This document shows positions 17,781 through 26,470 of a stretch of 64,000 nucleotides of DNA, piece after piece. The notes under the pieces are model-generated. The model was given only the letters and a program-made list of their open reading frames with translations. It was not told the DNA's origin and made no database searches. This stretch comes from a virus. Its lineage: Duplodnaviria > Caudoviricetes. Made by a program: the position numbers and the translations under genes. Position 1 is the first letter of the stretch, and each line of letters starts with the position of its first letter. The stretch lies in IMG/VR virus record IMGVR_UViG_2821032209_000001, positions 484-64,483 of that record, one strand, 5' to 3'.

Positions 17781-18515
17781 ATGAGCAATATTGCTGATGC
17801 GCCAGCTATTGCGCCGTGCGCAATCGTCGGCGACGCGAGCCTTTATCAAGCCGATTGCAGAGACGTTCTGCGGTCGCTCGCAGACAACTCTATCGACAGC
17901 ATCGTCACTGACCCACCTTACGCACTCGTCAGCATTGTGAAGCGCTTCGGCAAGCCCGGGAGAGCGCCCGCAAAGGGTAACGAGGCTTATCAGCGAGCAT
18001 CTGCTGGCTTCATGGGCAAGACGTGGGATACCGGTGAAGTCGCGTTCAGCGAGGAGTTTTGGCGAGAGTGCCTGCGGGTTTTGAAGCCCGGTGGGCACGT
18101 CGTCGCATTCAGCGGCACGCGCACGTATCATCGCATGGCTGCGGCGATCGAGGACGCTGGATTTGAAATCCGCGACCAACTCGGCTGGCTATATGGATCG
18201 GGTTTTCCCAAAAGCCATGATGTTGCAAAGCAAATTGACAAAAGTGCCGGCTTCTGGCGCGGGAAAGCCGGTGCAATCAAGGATAAAACTGTGGGTCAGG
18301 TTGCTAAAGGCACCGAGTATGAGCGCACTGAGAAGGGTGAACCCATTACCGACGAAGCTCGCGAATGGCTAGGATGGGGCACAGCATTGAAGCCGGCTTG
18401 GGAGCCTATCGCCTTGGCGCGAAAGGCGTTGTCTGGCACCGTTGCCGCGAATGTGCAACCGGCGAATGACAACCAGCCTCCCTTACAGGCCAGACTTTTC
18501 GGAGACGCCGCATGA
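17781..18515 (+). pseudogene. Truncated N4/N6 (beta-class) DNA methyltransferase
   Basis: DSIVTDPPY, LKPGG, GSGFPKS and ALKPAWEPI present; no HPT..KP or DPF.GSG SAM-binding motif before the stop. Confidence 0.65.
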
Positions 18516-18692
18516 CGATCCGCTACCGTTTTCGTCAAAAAGACCGGGGGCACAGCCATCCCGGCAGCGCCCCGGCCCAATATCCTCTCGAGGGAGAGGC
18601 TTTCAAGCGTCCGTATTGGAGAGGTTCGCTTGAAGTCGCTCACCATAACACGTCTTCTCAACATGAAGTTAAAATAAATACGGGAGAGCAAC

Positions 18693-19013
18693 ATGCAGCC
18701 TGACGCCGACATCTGCCACGTCTGCGCCCGCCACGCCGTAGGTCTCGGCGTGCAGGCAGACCGCGAGCCGATCCGCTGGCTGTGCAAGGAATGCGCCGAC
18801 ATTGCCGAGCATATTCGGCACCGCAGGCGGTTGGACCCGTACGAGCTTCGCGCCCTTGATACGGGCGTGGAGGCGGTTGGGGGGTACCTACAGGAGATTG
18901 GCAAAACCGACCTTAAGGAAATGGACGAACTCGAAGCGCGCATGCTCGTGAAGGCCGCGTGGGAAGGCTGCGGGCGAGGGATGCGTGCGGCCCTAAGCGA
19001 AGCTCCATTCTGA
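18693..19013 (+). CDS. Zn-finger hypothetical phage protein
   Basis: CHVC...CKEC; ends EAPF; coupled to the MTase. Confidence 0.65.
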   Translation: MQPDADICHVCARHAVGLGVQADREPIRWLCKECADIAEHIRHRRRLDPYELRALDTGVEAVGGYLQEIGKTDLKEMDELEARMLVKAAWEGCGRGMRAALSEAPF

Positions 19014-20446
19014 TGAAACACGACAACGACAACAATGCTCTCCGCTTCCTCTCCGTGTGCAGCGGGATCGAAGCGGCTTCGGTTGCTTGGAAGCCACTCG
19101 GATGGCAGGCGGTGGCTTTTAGCGAAATCGAGAAGTTTCCGTCTGCCGTGCTGGCTCACCATTATCCAGACGTGCCGAACCTTGGAGATTTCACCGAGAT
19201 CGACACCACAACGCTTGGGCGTGTCGACATTCTTTGCGGAGGGACGCCTTGCCAGGCCTTCTCTATCGCTGGCGCACGCCGTTCGCTCGAAGATGAGCGT
19301 GGTAATCTAACACTATCATTCGTGGAGCTTGCGCATGAGCTTGCAGCAGGAAATGGACTTCGGAACGTCATCTGGGAGAATGTCCCCGGCGTCCTCTCAA
19401 CCAAAGACAACGCATTCGGATGTTTCCTTGCCGGGCTTGTGGGAGCAGATGATCCCATCGTGCCGACAAAGCGATGGACGAGTTACGGTATGGTTTCTGG
19501 ACCGAAAGGACGGGCCGCGTGGGCTGTCAAAGATGCCCAATTTTTCGGACTGGCCCAACGACGCAAGCGTGTCATCGTTGTCGCAGATTTTGGAAACGGG
19601 GCGGATCCCGCAGCGGTTTTATTTGAGCCAGAAAGCATGTGCCGGGATACTCCGCCGAGCAGAGAAGCGGGGCAAAACGTTGCCCCAACAATTAGCGCGC
19701 GCCCTACAGGCGGTGGCGGACTTGGAACCGACTTCGATCTCGACGGCGGCTTGATTTCATCGACCGGTGACGTTGCGCACTGCCTGAATGCTGGTGGTAT
19801 GGGCAGGCAGGACTACGAAACCGAAACGATGGTTGCGCACCCGTTGCTGGCCAAGGGCAACAGCAGCCACGACGACACGCTCGAAACATATGTGGCTCAT
19901 TCCTTGCGCGGCGAAGGCTTCGACGCCAGCGAGGACGGAACCGGGCGCGGGACGCCGATTGTTCCGGTGTCTGTTGCGTTGCGTGGTCGCGAAGACGGGT
20001 CAACGGCTGAAATGGGCGATGATGTGTCGTTCGCATTGCGTGCAAGCCAAGGCGGCGCGGATAAGCCGCACGTGTTGGCACCCGTCGCCTTCGCCCAAAA
20101 TACGCGCGACGAAGTGCGGATGATTAATGGTGATGGCCAGATCGCTGGAGCTTTGGCGGCGGATGCTGGAATGAAGCAGCAGACATATCTTCAACATGGT
20201 TGGGCCGTTCGTCGCCTAACGCCGACAGAATGCGAGCGCCTGCAAGGCTTCCCAGACGGATATACAAATATCCCATGGAGAGGGAGGCCAGATAGTCCAG
20301 ATGGGCCACGTTATAAGTCGCTCGGCAATAGTTGGGCCGTCCCAAAATTCAAGTGGTTGGGTAAGCGCATTGCAAGCCTGATGCCAGTCACGGCCGCCAA
20401 CGATAACTATCTCAGCAGGCCTGACGTCGATCTTCTAGCGAGTTAA
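19013..20446 (+). CDS. C5 cytosine DNA methyltransferase, large (alpha) subunit
   Basis: SVCSGIEA (I), GTPCQAFS (IV), WENVPG (VI), AQRRKR (VIII), RRLTPTECERLQGFPD, YKSLGNSW (X). Confidence 0.92.
   Translation: MKHDNDNNALRFLSVCSGIEAASVAWKPLGWQAVAFSEIEKFPSAVLAHHYPDVPNLGDFTEIDTTTLGRVDILCGGTPCQAFSIAGARRSLEDERGNLTLSFVELAHELAAGNGLRNVIWENVPGVLSTKDNAFGCFLAGLVGADDPIVPTKRWTSYGMVSGPKGRAAWAVKDAQFFGLAQRRKRVIVVADFGNGADPAAVLFEPESMCRDTPPSREAGQNVAPTISARPTGGGGLGTDFDLDGGLISSTGDVAHCLNAGGMGRQDYETETMVAHPLLAKGNSSHDDTLETYVAHSLRGEGFDASEDGTGRGTPIVPVSVALRGREDGSTAEMGDDVSFALRASQGGADKPHVLAPVAFAQNTRDEVRMINGDGQIAGALAADAGMKQQTYLQHGWAVRRLTPTECERLQGFPDGYTNIPWRGRPDSPDGPRYKSLGNSWAVPKFKWLGKRIASLMPVTAANDNYLSRPDVDLLAS
19335..19754 (+). 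CDS. Nested alternative-frame small (beta) subunit of the C5 methyltransferase, M.EcoHK31I-like
   Basis: GGAG RBS at 19324; SSLSQILETGRIPQRFYLSQKACAGILRRAEKRGKTLP in the +1 frame. Confidence 0.7.
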   Translation: MSLQQEMDFGTSSGRMSPASSQPKTTHSDVSLPGLWEQMIPSCRQSDGRVTVWFLDRKDGPRGLSKMPNFSDWPNDASVSSLSQILETGRIPQRFYLSQKACAGILRRAEKRGKTLPQQLARALQAVADLEPTSISTAA

Positions 20447-20621
20447 GCAAATCGCTCAGTTCCTTGGCATCGCGGTAGTTCATCCCTACCGCTTGCCGTA
20501 CGCCCATTTCGACTGGCTTTTGAACTTGCTGATCTAACACTGACCAGGTGTCGTTAATTCCGTTTGACGCTTTGTATCGTCCGCCGATGTACCGCCCACC
20601 CTTCAATGTTGATCTGCTCAT
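20412..20621 (-). CDS. Small hypothetical protein, paralog of 20722..20910
   Basis: RY...WSVLD...E...G...A.ELSDLLN. Confidence 0.6.
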   Translation of the reverse strand: MSRSTLKGGRYIGGRYKASNGINDTWSVLDQQVQKPVEMGVRQAVGMNYRDAKELSDLLNSLEDRRQAC

Positions 20622-20721
20622 CCCAGTCCTTTCAAGGTTCGAATCGATTGAAATCTATGATTACAGACATGGTTAACACATCGCAAGTTGCCGCCGTCGC
20701 AACCGTCCCCATGCTCGACAA

Positions 20722-20910
20722 TCACTGCAGCGTAGCTGCTTCGCGCTGCGCTTGAAGATAATTCAGCAAGTCGGCCAGATCGTCGGCTTGCTCCCATTCA
20801 AGGCCGATCTGTTTGACGCCGTTAACCTCCGCGGCATCGCCAGTTTGCACATCAATCACGGCCCAGACCCCGTCGTACATTTCAAATGTATCGTACCGAG
20901 CTTCTGCCAT
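20722..20910 (-). CDS. Small hypothetical protein, paralog of 20412..20621
   Basis: RY...WAVID...E...GL...ADDLADLLN; GGAG RBS. Confidence 0.6.
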   Translation of the reverse strand: MAEARYDTFEMYDGVWAVIDVQTGDAAEVNGVKQIGLEWEQADDLADLLNYLQAQREAATLQ

Positions 20911-20937
20911 GGCTCTTTCTCCATCAATAGGAATTTC

Positions 20938-21507
20938 ATGGAATATACCATCAAAGCCATCCCCACAGAATACGCTGGCGTTAACTTTCGTTCGCGCCTC
21001 GAGTCCCGTTGGGCGGCATTTTTCGATCTCGTCGGGTTAAAATGGGATTACGAACCATTCGACCTTGAAGGATGGGTGCCGGATTTCTTGCTGAGAACGT
21101 CCCTGACGAATGTTCTGGTCGAGGTCAAGCCGGTAGACCTGACGGCCTATATTGACGCTGTAAATAGAGGCCTTGACGATGCCGCTCAGCTATCTTCCTA
21201 CGATAAAGCACTGTCTCATTCCCGCAAGCACCAGGTTCTTTTACTCGGCATGGCGCCCTTGGAAATGCAGGGAGCAGTTTTGCCAATCGGCATCCACGCT
21301 GTTCCACCACGCGGGGCAGAATACTCGTTTGACGACATGCAGGACGCGCTCACGGTTGTAGATACAGCTTTCGTAACGGACGCATGGCGCAAAGCCGGCA
21401 GCGTCACGCAATGGACAGTTGACGAACCGACTGTATCCACATCGCAGGTCGTCATCCGCGCACTTGATCGCGCGCGTCGCAAATCCGAACAGAAGAGGGC
21501 AGCATGA
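20938..21507 (+). CDS. PD-(D/E)XK-like nuclease
   Basis: FRSRLESRWAAFFD...WDYEP...WVPDF...VEVKP. Confidence 0.7.
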   Translation: MEYTIKAIPTEYAGVNFRSRLESRWAAFFDLVGLKWDYEPFDLEGWVPDFLLRTSLTNVLVEVKPVDLTAYIDAVNRGLDDAAQLSSYDKALSHSRKHQVLLLGMAPLEMQGAVLPIGIHAVPPRGAEYSFDDMQDALTVVDTAFVTDAWRKAGSVTQWTVDEPTVSTSQVVIRALDRARRKSEQKRAA

Positions 21508-23867
21508 ACATGACTATCGCATCTGATCTGTCTCGTGATCTCGCACTTGCCTATATCGCTGCCGATATCCCGGTTTTCCCATGTCGGGCGAAAGACGAGG
21601 AAACCAACGAATTTGACGAAGAAACGGGCGAAATTGTTGTTCTGAAAGCCAAAACGCCGCTTTTAAGTAACGGGTTTAAGGGCGCCACGAAAAACCTCCG
21701 CGTGACGAATATTCTTTGGGATCGCAATCCGGGCGCTATGGTTGGCATCCCGACCGGCGAACAGTTGGGCGCGTGGGTGCTCGACGTCGATGTGCATAAG
21801 GATGAGAACGGCGAGATTATCGACGGGTTCGAGACGCTAGCCGTCCTTGAAGATAAGTTCGGCCCGCTCCCGAGAACCGCAACCGCTCGCACTGCTGGCG
21901 GCGGAGAGCATCGTTATTTCAAATATGTGCCGGGCGTTCGCAACCGTGGCAGACTTGGCGCTGGGCTGGATGTTCGTGGATCGGGTGGGTACGTCGTCGC
22001 TCCCGGTAGTATGATGGAAGATGGGCGTACCTACAAATGGGTGGACTATTCCGGCCCTGGGCTGCCTCCTTTAGCAGATGCCCCGCAATGGCTGCTGGAC
22101 CTCGTTTTGCCAAAGGCGCCCGCATCGACCGGTGCGGATTACACCTATGACCGCGGGAGCAACGACGCTTATATCGATCGCGCAATTCAACTGGAGTTAG
22201 AAGAAACTGCGTCTGTGCCGATGGGTGCTGGGCGCAATAATCGTTTGAACGCGGCAGCGTTTTCTCTGGGCACTCTTGTCGGCGCTGGCGCTTTGCCAGA
22301 ACATGAGGCGCGTCAATTGTTGCAGGATGTTGCGCGTGGGTGGGGCCGTGACTGGGTCAAGTGCTGCAAGACAATCGAAAACGGCCTGTCTGCTGGTATG
22401 CGCCAACCACGACAAATTCCTGAACGGTCATTCTACGATGATGACAGCACTCCACCGGTTAGCGTGACCGGACTTATTGAGAAATATCGCAATCGTCACG
22501 ACGACGATGTAACTGATGGCGACCACCCAGCGGGTGCAGACGAGGCGGTTCCAGAGGCCGACGACGACGATGTTCCTGACTACAAGCTGGAAGCTGTCGC
22601 CGATCTGGAAAGTCTGACATATCCGGGCGGGTTGGTTGAAGACATGATTGACTGGATTGTATCAAGCGCGGAACAGCCATCACGCACGCTTGCCATGGCC
22701 GCTGTGTTGCCATTGCTGGCGTCGTTGGCTGGTGCTCGATATTCGACAGGTTCTCGCGATACACGTCCAAACCTATACACCGTTGCACTGGCGGAATCGG
22801 GCTTCGGTAAAGAGCACGCCCGATCGCAGATCAAGCGTATACTCATGGCCGATCAAGGCATATTCGATGCTTATAGCGGCCCCGCGCGGATAATGTCAGC
22901 GTCGGCGTTGCGTGAGGTGCTGGAAAAACATCCATCGGTTAACTGCCAGATCGATGAATTTGGCGGCTTCATACGCGATATCACAGACCGAAAGGCAGGC
23001 AGTCATCAGCGGGCAATTTCGACGGACCTGCGAGACTATTACTCGGCGTCGTCAACATTTTTCGAAGGCGCGGCCTATCGCGGTGTTCCTCCGAAGAGAA
23101 TTTATAACCCCACGCTATGCATTCACGGCACTTCGACACCGGAACAATTTTGGTCAGCCCTCAGTAGCGCAAGTGCCGAGGACGGACTGCTGCCGCGCCT
23201 TATCCTATTCCATGTTACAGGCGAAAAGCCTGACGCTTTAAAACCGTCCCGTGATGTTCGCGAGGTGCCGTATCTTCTGATGGAGCGCATGTCATCGGTT
23301 GCCGGCATTAATGTGGCCGCCAAACGGGGCAATCTGTCTGGGATGAATATACAGGTGCCTGCTTATGGAGAAAACAAACCGTACATCGTTCAATGGACAC
23401 CAGACGCGACAGCTCTTTTCAGGTCCGTCAAGGATTCGATTGACGCTCGAGAAAAGCTGCTGGCGTCAGAAGCCCGACCGTTTGCACGACGCATCATTGA
23501 AAACGCGATCAAACTTGCGCTGATCGTTGCGGTTGGGAAAGACCCAACGGAACCGGTTATAACCGAAACCGATTTTGAATGGGCTTCATGTGTAGCTTGG
23601 ACGTGCGCAGCAACAATGATCGCTGAGGTGACAGAGCGATTGGCCGACAATGACCGTGAGGCGAACTATAAGCGCATCGTGGGGCTAATCCGCAAGGCAG
23701 GCACCAAAGGCATCACGGAAAGCCGCCTGTTCGATCGTTGCAAAGCAATCGAGGGACGTCGCCGGGAAGAGATATTGAAGGAGCTCTTTCACACTGGGAA
23801 GGTGATAAAACAGGAGGCAAAATCCAAGCGAGGGCGACCTGCAAATCGGCTTGTCTGGATGGACTGA
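21504..23867 (+). CDS. Bifunctional primase-polymerase (Prim-Pol) fused to a DUF3987-like helicase
   Basis: IPVFPC, VLDVD, GGEHRYF, DVRGSGGYVVAPGS; ESGFGKE Walker A, IDEFG, DGLLPRL. Confidence 0.88.
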   Translation: MNMTIASDLSRDLALAYIAADIPVFPCRAKDEETNEFDEETGEIVVLKAKTPLLSNGFKGATKNLRVTNILWDRNPGAMVGIPTGEQLGAWVLDVDVHKDENGEIIDGFETLAVLEDKFGPLPRTATARTAGGGEHRYFKYVPGVRNRGRLGAGLDVRGSGGYVVAPGSMMEDGRTYKWVDYSGPGLPPLADAPQWLLDLVLPKAPASTGADYTYDRGSNDAYIDRAIQLELEETASVPMGAGRNNRLNAAAFSLGTLVGAGALPEHEARQLLQDVARGWGRDWVKCCKTIENGLSAGMRQPRQIPERSFYDDDSTPPVSVTGLIEKYRNRHDDDVTDGDHPAGADEAVPEADDDDVPDYKLEAVADLESLTYPGGLVEDMIDWIVSSAEQPSRTLAMAAVLPLLASLAGARYSTGSRDTRPNLYTVALAESGFGKEHARSQIKRILMADQGIFDAYSGPARIMSASALREVLEKHPSVNCQIDEFGGFIRDITDRKAGSHQRAISTDLRDYYSASSTFFEGAAYRGVPPKRIYNPTLCIHGTSTPEQFWSALSSASAEDGLLPRLILFHVTGEKPDALKPSRDVREVPYLLMERMSSVAGINVAAKRGNLSGMNIQVPAYGENKPYIVQWTPDATALFRSVKDSIDAREKLLASEARPFARRIIENAIKLALIVAVGKDPTEPVITETDFEWASCVAWTCAATMIAEVTERLADNDREANYKRIVGLIRKAGTKGITESRLFDRCKAIEGRRREEILKELFHTGKVIKQEAKSKRGRPANRLVWMD

Positions 23868-23871
23868 CATG

Positions 23872-23895
23872 ACGGGGCTTCGGCCCCGTTTTTTT
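23872..23895 (+). terminator. Rho-independent terminator
   Basis: ACGGGGC-TTCG-GCCCCGT followed by a T run. Confidence 0.8.
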
Positions 23896-24184
23896 GTTTT
23901 TAATAGGACGATTAAAAACCATCCACCGCGGCAATTCTGTCCATGGATTAAATTCGACCGCCGAATTCTGTCCCGGATTTTAATCGGTTCTGGATGGATA
24001 AAAATCAGGTCAAAAAGATCAATGAAATCAATGGTTTGAACTCTCTATATATATTAAAATCCATTCATCAACGTATTATATAATAAGTACCTTTTTAGAT
24101 AGATTCATGGGGTCTGTATATAAAGGGGTTGCAGAATGGACAATTAATGCGACCGCGGTTTTTCGGTAATTCATTTTCTGCCTG

Positions 24185-24216
24185 TCCATTAACACGACAT
24201 TTATTGAGACGTTCCA
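24185..24216 (+). repeat. 32-bp promoter-region repeat, copy 1 (CtrA-box-like core)
   Basis: TCCATTAACACGACATTTATTGAGACGTTCCA; 29/32 identical to 53210..53241. Confidence 0.8.
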
Positions 24217-24268
24217 CACTCCTCTTGCCGCTACCAACGGCATACCGCAATCAACACGAGGAGCTCAC

Positions 24269-24775
24269 ATGGCACGCAGCCGCACACGCGCGCCTTCGTC
24301 TACCGCACCGTCTACTACCACACAGATCACACGCATCAACGGCGCCCGCGTCAAGATTACCACCAAGGATGGGACGGTGACGACCAAGCCCGCCTTACCG
24401 CTCGAATGGGAATTACAGGCGGCACAGGTTTCCACATTGCGCCGCCTACCACAGTACCAGCGCCAGTTCTTGCTGGCCGGTGACATGAACGCCAGCAAGC
24501 GAGGGCCAAGAGCTCAGGCTCAGGCAATTGCGACGGGAATGACCAGCGGTGAACCCGACCTTCGGATCTACGGAGAATACGGTCGCCTGCTGCTGATTGA
24601 GAACAAGGTCGGGCAGGGAAGACTGTCACCAGCCCAGAAAGACCGCCACGCAGCGCTGGAGAGGCTTGGCTACACGGTTCTAGTCATTCGGGCCACGACG
24701 ACGACAGAAGCCGCTGACAAGGCCGTTATGGCGGTTCTGGAGTGGCTTACACAAGAGAAGGGGAAAGCAGCATGA
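24269..24775 (+). CDS. VRR-NUC domain nuclease
   Basis: EWELQ...GMTSGEPDL...IENKVGQGRLSPAQ...LERLGY. Confidence 0.8.
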   Translation: MARSRTRAPSSTAPSTTTQITRINGARVKITTKDGTVTTKPALPLEWELQAAQVSTLRRLPQYQRQFLLAGDMNASKRGPRAQAQAIATGMTSGEPDLRIYGEYGRLLLIENKVGQGRLSPAQKDRHAALERLGYTVLVIRATTTTEAADKAVMAVLEWLTQEKGKAA

Positions 24776-25689
24776 AGAACATGAGACACGGATCGCTCGC
24801 AGAGCAGTTAAAGGCGCTTATGACGTATCGCAACCGCCCAGAAGGTCAGCGAGAACCGTTGCAGACGAATTGGTCTGTTGCGCCTGGTGCGAATGACAAT
24901 GACCCGGAGGAAGTTGCCGACATGCGTTATGAGCGGGACTGGCGACAAACACCGTCAGTGCAAGCCATCATGCAGAGTGTAGCTACTGATGATATCGAGA
25001 AGAACGAGCGTGGACAGATCATCCGCATAGGTAAGCTGCGGTTCAGTGACGGTAACCAGACTGAAGTTGGATATGTCCTCGGCATCGACGGTGAAGTTAT
25101 TCAGGCCGACATACGCATGCCAGCGGGTGCCATGCTCGGCATGAAAGATAAACCAGATCGTGCGTCGGGTGGCGGAGCTGATCCGAAGGATACCAAGGCC
25201 AGCAATCACTATTTCGAAGATATGCTTGGAACACTGCCGCATCGATATATTCCATCCGGCAAGCGCCGAAATGGTACGGATTACAGCGCTGAAGAATCCG
25301 CCCGTATTCTCGCTGAGGCTTACGCAAATACCGACATGGAGAAGGTTACCTATACTCGATATCCAAAGGGGCTTCCGTGTGGGTCGCCAAAGGCGGCGGA
25401 CAGTTTCCTCGGTATGCGCAAGACAACGTGTGCCGGAGGAGGAGATGAATCGTGGGAAGATACACTGTCTGCAATGATCGATCGCGACTTTTGGTTTGAA
25501 GCGCTTCAAGAGTTGAAGGATAGGGACCGCGACGTTCTGGATACTGCACTTGAGGCGGCGAATTACACGGATGTCGGTATAGCAGCAGGGCAGTCTCGCC
25601 ATTATGCCGACAAGCGCAGCGGTGGGCGTAAAGCACTGCTTGCTGCCAACGACAATCTAGCGGCTGCAATAAAAAAATATGCTGCGTAG
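24772..25689 (+). CDS. Hypothetical protein, possible late-gene regulator (C-terminal sigma-r4-like HTH)
   Basis: Position just before tRNA/HNH/terminase; ELKDRDRDVLD...YTDVGIAAG helix pattern. Confidence 0.6.
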   Translation: MKNMRHGSLAEQLKALMTYRNRPEGQREPLQTNWSVAPGANDNDPEEVADMRYERDWRQTPSVQAIMQSVATDDIEKNERGQIIRIGKLRFSDGNQTEVGYVLGIDGEVIQADIRMPAGAMLGMKDKPDRASGGGADPKDTKASNHYFEDMLGTLPHRYIPSGKRRNGTDYSAEESARILAEAYANTDMEKVTYTRYPKGLPCGSPKAADSFLGMRKTTCAGGGDESWEDTLSAMIDRDFWFEALQELKDRDRDVLDTALEAANYTDVGIAAGQSRHYADKRSGGRKALLAANDNLAAAIKKYAA

Positions 25690-25694
25690 GTAGG

Positions 25695-25956
25695 TATTCC
25701 GCGATCTCGTGCGGAGTATAGTGAAGGGGTTCAACCGCTATGCGGTTGCCCCGCACTGTTCCGTGCGCGAGGCGACGGACGCTCGGTCATGTTGCAGTTG
25801 GGTGCAACCGCTGAACCGGGCGTAACTTTCCAAAACAGCGCCCAAACCTCTGCTGTCGGCTTGTCCGGTATTATGTCTGGGCCTTCTCAATCCAGCGCCG
25901 TTTCTCCTCCGGCTGCTGGTTCGGCGGGTTGAGCCTATTGCGGTAGGCTCCCCGCC
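25695..25956 (+). ncRNA. Candidate structured RNA / late leader of tandem hairpins
   Basis: At least six consecutive inverted repeats, one with a CTCCTC anti-SD-like loop; no credible ORF. Confidence 0.35.
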
Positions 25957-25967
25957 ATCTGAATTCA

Positions 25968-26044
25968 TGCGGAGTGGAGAAGTGGTCATCTCGTCTGGCT
26001 CATAACCAGAAGATCGTCGGTTCGAATCCGACCTGCCGCAACCA
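25968..26044 (+). tRNA. tRNA-Met (CAT), initiator-like, with one extra base in the acceptor stem
   Basis: D arm GAGA/TCTC, anticodon arm TCTGG-CTCATAA-CCAGA, T arm GTCGG-TTCGAAT-CCGAC, 3' ACCA. Confidence 0.85.
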
Positions 26045-26060
26045 ATTCAAACAGGACCAC

Positions 26061-26372
26061 ATGGCCAGACGTGACCAGCGTAGCGCCGAAGCTGCTGCGT
26101 ACAGAAAGATGTACAAGACTTCGAGATGGACGAAGCTACGGCAACGTCACTTGGATGCGTCGCCATTGTGCGTCTACTGCTTGCGGTGCGACGAGGTAGA
26201 GGAGGCAAAGGTGGTTGACCACATCCGACCCCACAAGGGAAGCGAATATCTGTTCTTCGATCCAGACAACCTCCAAAGCCTCTGCGCGCCATGCCATGAC
26301 CGCGTGAAAAGCCGCGAAGAGCTCGGTCAGACGGTGGTGACGTTCGGAGTTGACGGATACCCAATAGAATAA
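26061..26372 (+). CDS. HNH endonuclease, HK97 gp74-like terminase cofactor
   Basis: PLCVYC...VVDHIRPHKG...NLQSLCAPCHD; located before terS. Confidence 0.85.
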   Translation: MARRDQRSAEAAAYRKMYKTSRWTKLRQRHLDASPLCVYCLRCDEVEEAKVVDHIRPHKGSEYLFFDPDNLQSLCAPCHDRVKSREELGQTVVTFGVDGYPIE

Positions 26373-26470
26373 CCATGCAATTCTCGACCTCTTGCATGGT
26401 TCAGGCGGGTGAGCTTCGGCTCCCCGCCTCTTTCATATGAGGTCGGCAAGGAGTCGAGACCTTGGACATC

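Noticed and set aside
25974-26060. N-terminal extension of the HNH ORF
   Set aside because: It is the tRNA sequence read as protein; the HNH starts at 26061
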